Numbered from the stretch's first letter, positions 1-8,036 are shown. The stretch: 32,000 nucleotides of DNA from Candidatus Saccharimonadota bacterium (GCF_014251775.1 NZ_CP059199.1:120001-152000), one strand, 5' to 3'. Numbers and translations are program-made. Notes: generated by a model not told the origin, from the letters alone.

Positions 1-1239
1 TTTAGACCAATAGCATCTAAACCAGATTTATTAATAAAACTTTCAGATTTACTGATAGAAGAAGTTTCGTATTATAATTTTGAATTAATTTGTGGGGTAC
101 CGTATGCAGCTTTACCTATAGCTACTGCTATTTCTTTAAGAACAAATATTCCTTTAATTATAAAAAGAAAAGAAAATAAAGGGTATGGGACAAAACGAAT
201 GATTGAAGGAATTTATAAAAAAGGACAAAATTGTCTTCTTATAGAAGATGTTATTACAAGTGGAGATAGTTTGTTAAATACGATAATAGATCTTGAAAAA
301 GAAGGAATAATCATAAAAAATATAATCTCTATTCTTGATAGAGAACAGGGTGGAATAGATTCCATAAAACAAAAAGGATACAATATTCAATCCTTATTTC
401 ATATAGGAGAAGTTTTTAATATGTTAGAAAAAAAACATTTTTTAAGTAAAAAAAAGATACATATGATCCAATTTTTTTTTTCCAACCAAAAAAAAATATA
501 TAGAAGAATTTCTTATGAAGAAAAACGAAAAAAAATTTCCCATCCTATGGGAAAAAAACTTATAGATATAACATTAAAAAAAAAAACTAATTTAATTATT
601 TCTGCAGATTTAATTGATTCTGAAAAAATATTAAAATTAGTTCATTCAATTGGAGATATAATTTGTGGAGTAAAGTTACATGTAGATATTATTAATGATT
701 TTTCATTATCATTTATAAATTCTCTTAAAAATTTATCTACAGAAAAGAAATTTCTATTATTTGAAGATAGAAAATTATGTGATATTAATTCTACTAATTA
801 TCTTCAACTTCATTACGGAATACATAAAATTTTATCATGGGCAGATTTTATAACAGTTCATGTAATTGCAGGAAATTCTAGTATAAATAATTTAGATATA
901 CCAGCTAATATTGGTTTAATAACTATATCAGAAATGTCTTCCATTGGACAACTTTTGGATGATAATTATATAAGAAATGCATTGAATATCTCTATAAATA
1001 ATCCAAAAGTTATTGGGACAGTAGCACAAAGAAAAGTAGATGATCGATTATTATTGTTTACTCCAGGAATAAATTTTTCTAGATCTAGAAAAAATTATAT
1101 TCATCCTAATTTAGCATTTAGCAAAAATGGAAGTGATTTTATTATTGTTGGAAGAGGTATTTATCAATCTAATAATCCATATAAAATTGCAGAAAAATAT
1201 AGAAATGTTGCTTGGAAAGCATATGAAAATGAGCTTTAG
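1..1239 (+). CDS. pyrE/pyrF: Bifunctional orotate phosphoribosyltransferase / orotidine-5'-phosphate decarboxylase (UMP synthase-like fusion), 5' end outside the window
   Basis: Frame 1 is open from base 1, with no stop before the ATG at 199, so the CDS enters from the left edge. The N-terminal half carries the PRPP-binding loop LLIEDVITSGDS and ILDREQGG, typical of OPRTase. The C-terminal half (ISYEEKRKKISHPMGKKL..KKTNLIISADL..KLHVDI..LLFEDRKLCDI..WADFITVH) matches the URA3/eukaryote-type OMP decarboxylase. Confidence 0.9.
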   Translation, partial: FRPIASKPDLLIKLSDLLIEEVSYYNFELICGVPYAALPIATAISLRTNIPLIIKRKENKGYGTKRMIEGIYKKGQNCLLIEDVITSGDSLLNTIIDLEKEGIIIKNIISILDREQGGIDSIKQKGYNIQSLFHIGEVFNMLEKKHFLSKKKIHMIQFFFSNQKKIYRRISYEEKRKKISHPMGKKLIDITLKKKTNLIISADLIDSEKILKLVHSIGDIICGVKLHVDIINDFSLSFINSLKNLSTEKKFLLFEDRKLCDINSTNYLQLHYGIHKILSWADFITVHVIAGNSSINNLDIPANIGLITISEMSSIGQLLDDNYIRNALNISINNPKVIGTVAQRKVDDRLLLFTPGINFSRSRKNYIHPNLAFSKNGSDFIIVGRGIYQSNNPYKIAEKYRNVAWKAYENEL

Positions 1240-1335
1240 TATATTTTTTTTTAAAATAAAATCAAATTAAAAATTGATTATAAATATTTTTAATTTATAT
1301 TCATTGTATATAGATTTTTTTAATTTGTTAAATAT

Positions 1336-1908
1336 ATGAAATGGATTCATTCACTAATGAGTTGTTTTATGATACTTTTTAGTATCATAGACATATTAGG
1401 AAATGCCCCAATTATTATGGGGTTTAAATCAAAAGGAAACATTATAGATACTAAAAAAGTTATTATTACTTCTCTTATTATATTTTTATCTTTCCTATTT
1501 TTAGGACAGCCAATATTACAAATTATAGGAGTAGATATAAACTCTTTTTCTGTTGCCGGATCTATTGTATTATTTATAATTGGATTAGAAATGATATTAG
1601 GAGTAGATTTCCACAAGACATCAGAACATTCACAAACTTCTATAGTCCCTATAGCTTTTCCATTGATTGCCGGACCAGGTTCACTAACCACTTTAGTATC
1701 ATTAAGAACCACTTATAACATAACCATAATTATTGCTTCTTTATTAATTAATATGATAGTAGTTTATTTAGTCATTGATAAATGTGATTTAATTGCTGAA
1801 AAAATTGGAAATAGTGGATTAGATATTTTGAAAAAAATATTTGGAATTGTTTTATTAGCTTTTGCTGTTAAAATATTTGGAGCAAATGCTGGAAAATTAA
1901 TTCAATAA
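1336..1908 (+). CDS. MarC family (UPF0056/NAAT) integral membrane protein
   Basis: 190-aa ORF that is hydrophobic throughout. The N-terminal FSIIDILGNAPII motif and a central IAFPLIAGPGS motif are typical of MarC-family proteins. Confidence 0.75.
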   Translation: MKWIHSLMSCFMILFSIIDILGNAPIIMGFKSKGNIIDTKKVIITSLIIFLSFLFLGQPILQIIGVDINSFSVAGSIVLFIIGLEMILGVDFHKTSEHSQTSIVPIAFPLIAGPGSLTTLVSLRTTYNITIIIASLLINMIVVYLVIDKCDLIAEKIGNSGLDILKKIFGIVLLAFAVKIFGANAGKLIQ

Positions 1909-2252
1909 ATTTTTTATTTCTTTAAATATTTTTTTTACGGAATTATTGATATTTTCGTACTTAGGAAGTATAGAAGATTTATAGTAAAATATTATATAAA
2001 TTCTATTTTTAGATGAAACTAGATATTTTTTATTCTCTAAAAAAGAAGATCGCATTAACCTTTTTATCCTATTCCTATGAACTGATTTTTTAAAAATTTT
2101 TTTTTTACTAAAAAGCCTATTAATTTAACAGATGAATTTTCTTTACATTTTATTTTTTTTATTTCAAAAAATAAAATAATTGGATAATTAAAAAAAAATT
2201 TTCCATTTTTTAAAATTCTTGAAAAGATATTTTTTTTATTCAATTTATTCAT
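1897..2252 (-). pseudogene. rnpA: Ribonuclease P protein component, interrupted by one frameshift in an A10 tract; may be expressed through slippage
   Basis: The tracked ORF 2064..2252 gives MNKLNKKNIFSRILKNGKFFFNYPI...LVKKK. A second frame runs stop-free from the tract to the TAA at 1897-1899 and gives KKSVHRNRIKRLMRSSFLENKKYL..IYIIFYYK..KKIFKEIKNLLN, which contains the RNR motif. The total is 356 nt (3n-1), and one extra A gives a colinear 118-aa RnpA. Confidence 0.8.
2097..2106 (-). repeat. A10 homopolymer on the coding strand, at the rnpA frameshift site
   Basis: T10 counted directly on the + strand at 2097-2106. The two rnpA reading frames switch here. Confidence 0.9.
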
Positions 2253-3243
2253 ATTTTTTTATAAATTCTTCTAATTTATTTACCATTTTATTGGGACCAC
2301 AAATAAATGGAGTCCTTTGATGTAAGGAGGCAGGTTGTATATCCAAAATTCTTTTATATCCATTAGAAGCTTTACCACCTGCTTGTTCTGTTAAAAAAGC
2401 AATAGGATTACATTCATAAAGTAATCTTAATTTTCCATTTGGAAATAATGAAGTTTTAGGATACATATATATTCCACCATGAATGATATTTCTATGAAAA
2501 TCTCCTACTAAAGATCCAATATATCTTGCAGTATAAGGTCTATTTTCATATTCTTCTTGACAATATCTAATAAATTTTTTTATTCCATTGGAGAATTTAA
2601 CATAATTTCCATCATTAATAGAATAAATTTTTTCTTTTTCCGGAAATGAAATATTAGGATGAGATAAATAAAACGTTCCTATTGAAGGATCTAATGTAAA
2701 TCCATGTACACCATTTCCAGTAGTATATACTAACATAGTAGAAGTTCCATAAATAATATATCCTGCAATAATTTGTTGATTACCTTTTTGTAAAAAATCA
2801 TTAATTGTTAATTTACATTTATTTGTATATTTCATTTTATATACAGAAAATATAGTTCCGATAGATACATTAACATCAATATTTGATGATCCATCAAGTG
2901 GATCGATTAAAACAATATACTGATCTTCTATTGGATTATTTATCTTTTTGTCTATTATTATAAAATCTCTACTTTCCTCAGAAGCAATTCCACAAACTAC
3001 CTCTCTACTTTTAAAAGAATCAATAAATGTTTTATGAGAAAAAAAATCCAATTTTTGTTGATTTTCTCCCTGTATATTTTTTTTACCTGAACTACCGATA
3101 TTTTTAGTTAATCCAGCTTTATTGACTTCTTTATGAACGGCTTTAGCAGCCAATTTTATTGAGCTAAAAAATCTTAATAAAGATTCTTTAGAATGAGAAT
3201 AACCATCTTTATTCTCTATAATAAATTCTCCTAACGTATACAT
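2245..3243 (-). CDS. fbp: Fructose-1,6-bisphosphatase class 1
   Basis: Clear FBPase I similarity: MYTLGEFIIE.., DPLDGSSNIDVN, GTSTMLVYT, YxxNEGN-like SINDGNY and GGIYMYP. The tracked ORF starts at a TTG (3273). The ATG at 3243 (MYTLGEF) fits the conserved N-terminus better. The 3' end overlaps the rnpA start in ATGAATAA. Confidence 0.92.
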   Translation of the reverse strand: MYTLGEFIIENKDGYSHSKESLLRFFSSIKLAAKAVHKEVNKAGLTKNIGSSGKKNIQGENQQKLDFFSHKTFIDSFKSREVVCGIASEESRDFIIIDKKINNPIEDQYIVLIDPLDGSSNIDVNVSIGTIFSVYKMKYTNKCKLTINDFLQKGNQQIIAGYIIYGTSTMLVYTTGNGVHGFTLDPSIGTFYLSHPNISFPEKEKIYSINDGNYVKFSNGIKKFIRYCQEEYENRPYTARYIGSLVGDFHRNIIHGGIYMYPKTSLFPNGKLRLLYECNPIAFLTEQAGGKASNGYKRILDIQPASLHQRTPFICGPNKMVNKLEEFIKKYE

Positions 3244-3728
3244 AGGGAATAAAAAATTGAATATAAATATCAAACTTTTTTTTGAAAAAAATTGACTTAA
3301 CAGTCAACTTTTTATTATTCTAATTAATCATTAACGATTAATTAAAATTATAAATATCCAATTAATATTATTATGAAAAAATATAATTTTTTTTCATAAA
3401 TATTTTTTGAATTTTATTATGCATATTATAATATCTATTCCTTTACTTTTTTTATAAAAATAAAAACATTATAATTATAATAATATATAATTATCAATTT
3501 TTTGTATTAGGATAATATAAACAAATAAAAGATTAAGTATATTTAGAAAATAGTATTTTTTACTGAAGTTAATTGAATTGAATATAATTATAAACTTTAT
3601 AAAAAGTGATATTTTTTTTAATTATAATTTTAAAAACTTATTCGACTATAACTATAAAAAAATATAATATTTTAATTTAATTAAATATCAACTATAAAAA
3701 TTTTATATAGAAAAATAAAGAATTATCC

Positions 3729-4211
3729 ATGAATAAAATAATTAATATTTATACAGACGGATCTTCAAAAGGCAATCCAGGCCCGGGAGGATATAGCGTT
3801 TTTATTGAAAAATTTTTTGGCTATTCTTATTATAGAAACATAATATATGAAGGATTTCGTTGTACTACAAATAATAGAATGGAATTACTTGCGGTAATAA
3901 CTGGATTAAAAAATATTCGTACAAAAAAAAATACTATCATAGTATTTACTGATTCTAAATATATCATTAATGCGGTTAATAATAAATGGATTTATGAATG
4001 GGAAAAAAATAATTTTTATAAAAAAAAAAATATAGATCTATGGAAACTTTTTCTAAAATTTTTTACTACTAAATTGGTATTTTTTCATTGGATAAAATCA
4101 CATAATAATCATTATATAAATGAATTTTGTGATAAATTATCTACAATGACTTATAAAAATAATCAATTAAAAATTGATTATAATTATGAAAAATTAATGA
4201 ATAAAAAATAA
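3729..4211 (+). CDS. rnhA: Ribonuclease HI
   Basis: IYTDGSSKGNPGPGGY, NNRMELLAV, FTDSKYI, IKSHNNH..NEFCDKL carry the DEDD catalytic residues of RNase H1. The gene contains an in-frame A11 tract at 4020-4030. Confidence 0.9.
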   Translation: MNKIINIYTDGSSKGNPGPGGYSVFIEKFFGYSYYRNIIYEGFRCTTNNRMELLAVITGLKNIRTKKNTIIVFTDSKYIINAVNNKWIYEWEKNNFYKKKNIDLWKLFLKFFTTKLVFFHWIKSHNNHYINEFCDKLSTMTYKNNQLKIDYNYEKLMNKK

Positions 4212-4990
4212 TTTTTGTCTAATAATTTCATAAGTTATTATAGACATTGCGCTATTTACATTTAATGAATCAATGTCACCAAACATTGGAATTTTTATTA
4301 TCTTATATGCATTATTCATCCAAATATTGGATACTCCTTTATTTTCAGAACCAAAAACAATAGAAAAATCATAAATAGATGAGAAATCTACATTATATAA
4401 ATTTTCTGAATTTTCCTGTAATCCAGAAACTATAATTTTTATATTATTTTTTTTTAACCAATGAATAACAAAATCTATTTTTTCTATTATAATTTTGTTT
4501 GTAAAAACGCTTCCTAAACTATTTCTAATAACATTAGAATTAAAAATATAAGTTTTCATATTACATAATATTATCATTTTAACTCCTATCGAATTGGCAA
4601 TTCTTAACATTGCACCTAAATTACCGGGTTTTTCTATTCCATCTAATATAATAATCAAATTATAAAGATTTTTATTGTTATTAAAATTTATCGTTTTTAA
4701 ACGATGTAATTGTTTCTCTTTAAACAAAACTATAATTCCATCAGAATTTTTTCTATATACTAGTTTTTCAAAAATGTTTCTACTTATAGAAAATAAAATA
4801 TTTTCATATGTTTTGATTAAATTAAATTTTAAAAAAATTTTTTCATATATAAATATTTTTATAGGAGTAAACCCTCCTTTTATAGCCATTTTAAACTCTC
4901 TTAATCCTTCTACAAGAAATAATTTTTTTTTTTACAAATTTTTTTTAAATTTTTAATATTTAAATTATTAATACTATATATTTTTTTCAT
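4194..4990 (-). CDS. SpoU/TrmH-family RNA 2'-O-methyltransferase; the N-terminal 26 codons are separated from the main ORF by a frameshift in an A11 tract
   Basis: The main ORF 4194..4889 has the SPOUT motifs LDGIEKPGNLGAMLRIANSIG, IVFGSENKGVS and SLNVNSAMSIITYE. In-frame codons upstream of the tracked ATG still read KKKLFLVEGLREFK. A second frame from the ATG at 4988-4990 reads MKKIYSINNLNIKNLKKICKKK. Adding one A to the 797-nt span gives a 265-aa protein of typical family length. Confidence 0.85.
4923..4933 (-). repeat. A11 homopolymer on the coding strand, at the SpoU-family methyltransferase frameshift site
   Basis: T11 counted directly on the + strand at 4923-4933. Confidence 0.9.
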
Positions 4991-5013
4991 ATTTTTTTAT
5001 TTTAATTAATTTT

Positions 5014-5444
5014 ATGAAAAATTATTTTAATAATATAAATAAAGAAAATGATTTAACTTACATGAAAATTGCGATCGAAGAATCAAAACATTCTAAATGT
5101 AAAAAAAAAAAGTAGGCGCAGTTATAGTTAATAATAGAAAAATAATATCTAATGGTTATAATATAAACCCAATTAAAAATGATTGTGAATGTGAAGATGA
5201 AAAAGGAAAAACTAAATGGTATGTAATACATGCAGAAGCTAATGCAATATTAAAATTATCATACTCTTATTCTTTATCATCTAAAGAATCATCTATATAT
5301 GTTACACATTCTCCATGTAAAGAATGTAGTAAATTGATCTATTTATCCAAGATAAAAAAAGTTGTTTTTTTACACAAAAAAAACAACAATGGATTAATTT
5401 TTTTAAAAAAATTGAAAATAATAGTATATCAAATACATTTATAA
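5014..5444 (+). pseudogene. Deoxycytidylate (dCMP) deaminase, interrupted by one frameshift in an A11 tract; absent from the ORF track
   Basis: The ATG at 5014 opens MKNYFNNINKENDLTYMKIAIEESKHSKCKKKK and hits TAG at 5113. Frame 3 from 5112 reads VGAVIVNNRKIISNGYN..WYVIHAEANAIL..IYVTHSPCKECSKLI..VYQIHL, stopping at 5442-5444. The HAE and PCxxC zinc motifs of the CDA fold are present. The span is 431 nt (3n-1), and one extra A gives 143 aa. Confidence 0.8.
5101..5111 (+). repeat. A11 homopolymer at the dCMP deaminase frameshift site
   Basis: Eleven consecutive A counted at 5101-5111. Confidence 0.9.
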
Positions 5445-5527
5445 CCCAAGTGGCGAAAATAGGTATACGCGTTGGATTCAAAATCCAATGATTTTATATC
5501 ATGCGGGTTCGATTCCCGCCTTGGGTA
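5444..5527 (+). tRNA. tRNA-Leu (anticodon CAA), type II with long variable arm
   Basis: Hand-folded cloverleaf. The acceptor stem is acccaag/cttgggt. The D arm is gcg..cgc with GG in the loop. The anticodon stem is ttgga/tccaa with loop ttCAAaa. The 14-nt variable arm has stem tgat/atca. The T arm is gcggg-ttcgatt-cccgc and the discriminator is A. No CCA is encoded. Confidence 0.88.
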
Positions 5528-5531
5528 TTAT

Positions 5532-7226
5532 TTAAAATAAAAAATATCTTTGAGATAGTGGTATAAATTTAGATGGATTAGATTCAATTTTATCCCCATT
5601 AATATATACAGTATAATTTTTAGGATCTACTTCTATAGATGGTAAATTACTATTTAATATCATTTCTTTCTTAGAAAGATTGCGACATTTTTTTATTATT
5701 TTTATTTGCTTTTTAACATTATTTTTTTCAAAAAAATTGTTATTGATAGAAGATGATGATACAAAAATACTGCTTAATTTTGGATCAAAATAACCAAACA
5801 TTTTTCTATACATAAATGGTTGAGGTGTAGGAATAGTAGCATTTGGATCTCCTACACATGCATATACTATCATTCCACCTTTTATAACTAATTCAGGTTT
5901 TACTCCAAAAAAAGATGGTTTCCATAAAACAAGATCTGCCATTTTTCCAATATGAATGGATCCTACATATTCTGAAATACCATGAGTAATAGAAGGATTT
6001 ATAGTATATTTAGATATATATCTTTTTACTCTAAAATTGTCATTATTGCATTTAGATCCTATTTCTTTTTTCATTTTATCAGCTGTTTGCCAAGTACGTC
6101 TTACTACTTCCCCTATTCTTCCCATTGCTTGAGAATCAGAACTTATCATGCTAATTGCACCAATATCATGCAAAAAGCCTTCTGCACTAATAGTTTCACT
6201 TCTTATTCTAGATTTAGCAAAAGCTATATCTTCTGGTAAATTTGAATCTAAATGATGACATATCATTAACATATCTAAATGTTCATCAATTGTATTATAA
6301 GTATATGGAATAGTAGGACTAGTAGAAGAAGGTAAAACATTAGGATAAGATATAACTTTTAATAAATCTGGTGAATGTCCACCCCCTGCTCCTTCTGTAT
6401 GATAAGTATGAATAGTGCGATTTTTAAATATTTTTATTGTATCTTCAATATAACCAGATTCATTCAATGAATCTGTATGAATATTAACTTGTATATCTAA
6501 TTTTTCGGAAACATTTAAACATTGATCAATGACATTTGGAGTACATCCCCAATCTTCATGAATTTTTAAACCTCCTGCTCCTGATTCTATTTGTTCAATA
6601 AGTGCTTTTGGATTAGAACTATTTCCGCGAGCAAGTATAACAAAATTAATAGGAATATGATCAGTACTATTTAACATTTTTCTTATATTCCAAATTCCTG
6701 AAGTGCAATTTGTAGCAATTGTCCCCGTTGTAGGCCCCGATCCACCGCCAATAATGGTAGTAGTTCCACTTTCTAGTGCTACTTCAAGCAATTGTGGACA
6801 AATGTAATGAACATGACTATCTACACTACCAGATGTGACAATTAAATTTTCTGAAGAAATAACTTCAGTTCCTGCTCCTATATACATATTAGGATTTACT
6901 CCATCCATAAAATATGGATTTCCAGATTTTCCTATTCCGACAATAATTCCATCTTTGATTCCAATATCAGCTTTTACAATCCCCCAATAGTCAATAATAA
7001 CAGCATTAGTAATTACTAAATCCAAAACTCCATCATTTCTTGTAGCAATAGGATGTTGTCCCATTCCATCCCTAATTACTTTTCCTCCTCCAAAAACACA
7101 TTCATCTCCATAAATAGTATAATCTTTTTCTATTTCTATCCATAAATCAGTGTCTCCTAAACGAATTTTATCTCCTTTAGTAGGTCCATATATACTAGAA
7201 TAATCTTTTCTAGAGACTTTTTTCAT
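5532..7226 (-). CDS. ureC: Urease alpha subunit
   Basis: The 564-aa ORF starts [28 protein letters not shown]. It also carries the nickel-site region [27 protein letters not shown] and [10 protein letters not shown]. Confidence 0.97.
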   Translation of the reverse strand: MKKVSRKDYSSIYGPTKGDKIRLGDTDLWIEIEKDYTIYGDECVFGGGKVIRDGMGQHPIATRNDGVLDLVITNAVIIDYWGIVKADIGIKDGIIVGIGKSGNPYFMDGVNPNMYIGAGTEVISSENLIVTSGSVDSHVHYICPQLLEVALESGTTTIIGGGSGPTTGTIATNCTSGIWNIRKMLNSTDHIPINFVILARGNSSNPKALIEQIESGAGGLKIHEDWGCTPNVIDQCLNVSEKLDIQVNIHTDSLNESGYIEDTIKIFKNRTIHTYHTEGAGGGHSPDLLKVISYPNVLPSSTSPTIPYTYNTIDEHLDMLMICHHLDSNLPEDIAFAKSRIRSETISAEGFLHDIGAISMISSDSQAMGRIGEVVRRTWQTADKMKKEIGSKCNNDNFRVKRYISKYTINPSITHGISEYVGSIHIGKMADLVLWKPSFFGVKPELVIKGGMIVYACVGDPNATIPTPQPFMYRKMFGYFDPKLSSIFVSSSSINNNFFEKNNVKKQIKIIKKCRNLSKKEMILNSNLPSIEVDPKNYTVYINGDKIESNPSKFIPLSQRYFLF

Positions 7227-7855
7227 ATTTTTCTTATTTTACCTGAAAATCCATAAATTTTCTTACTCCCACCTATTTCTACTAAAAAAATTTCTTTTGT
7301 TTCTCCTGGTTCGAATCTAATTGATCTTCCAGAAAGAATATCTAAACGATAACCTTTAGTTTTTTCTCTTTTAAAAATAAGATTCGAATTAGTTTCATAA
7401 AAATGAAAATGAGATCCAACTTGAATAGGTCTACTACCACCATTTTTTACTAATATTTTGATACGATTTCTATTAGGTAATAAAGAAATTTTTTCATTAA
7501 AAAGATTATATTGACCAGGTATGATCGATTTATTATCTTTTTTTGATTTTTTTATTTTAATAGGATTATGAACGCTAACCAATTTAGTTCCATCAGGAAA
7601 TGTTGCTTCTACTTGTACATTTTTAAGCAAATGAGGAACACCATCCATTACCTGTTCATTATTTATAATATTTCCAGATTCCTTTATAATTTCTTTTACA
7701 GTTTTTCCTTCCCTAGCTCCTTCCATAATATAATTAGTTATCAATGCTAAAGATTCAGGATAATTTAATTTTATTCCTCTTTTTAAACGATTTTTTGCCA
7801 ATTCTCCTGCTAAATGTAAGAGTAATTTTTCTTTTTCATAAGAAGTTAAATGCAT
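7223..7855 (-). CDS. ureAB: Urease gamma/beta fused subunit
   Basis: The N-terminus [34 protein letters not shown] matches UreA (gamma). The C-terminal half [34 protein letters not shown] matches UreB (beta). The stop overlaps the ureC start in ATGA. Confidence 0.95.
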   Translation of the reverse strand: MHLTSYEKEKLLLHLAGELAKNRLKRGIKLNYPESLALITNYIMEGAREGKTVKEIIKESGNIINNEQVMDGVPHLLKNVQVEATFPDGTKLVSVHNPIKIKKSKKDNKSIIPGQYNLFNEKISLLPNRNRIKILVKNGGSRPIQVGSHFHFYETNSNLIFKREKTKGYRLDILSGRSIRFEPGETKEIFLVEIGGSKKIYGFSGKIRKI

Positions 7856-8036
7856 ATATATACTATTTTTAAGTAGTCATCCATAATAATTTAAAAAACA
7901 CCAATTAATACTAAATTCATAAGATATTTTTTAAAGTTATAAATAATTATTAGTAAAAAATAAAATTTTTTATAATATATTTTTTATTCTAATGATAACT
8001 ATTAATTAAAAACAGATTCTCTACATAAATTATAGT

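Noticed and set aside
1347-1712. 121-aa ORF on the minus strand
   Set aside because: It lies entirely antisense to the well-supported MarC-family gene and has no recognisable motifs. Long antisense frames are expected when stop-poor codon patterns are mirrored in an A+T-rich gene.
3244-3273. Longer fbp start at TTG 3273 (MIFIFNFLFP extension)
   Set aside because: The extension is hydrophobic junk preceding the conserved MYTLGEFI N-terminus. The ATG at 3243 is the more plausible start.
3244-3728. Long spacer considered as a replication origin, CRISPR array or structured ncRNA (tmRNA, RNase P RNA, SRP RNA)
   Set aside because: I found no repeat-spacer periodicity and no TTATCCACA-type DnaA boxes. 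The only near match is TTATCCAtg at the rnhA start. There are also no G+C-containing helices of the kind conserved ncRNAs retain even in reduced genomes. It is kept only as a low-interest unexplained spacer.
4675-4956. 93-aa ORF on the plus strand
   Set aside because: It is antisense to the SpoU-family methyltransferase and runs through its T11/A11 tract. Its sequence is low-complexity (F/I/K/N-rich) with no family resemblance.
5982-7750. Two short plus-strand ORFs (5982..6239 and 7568..7750)
   Set aside because: Both are antisense shadows inside ureC and ureAB, whose identity is unambiguous.
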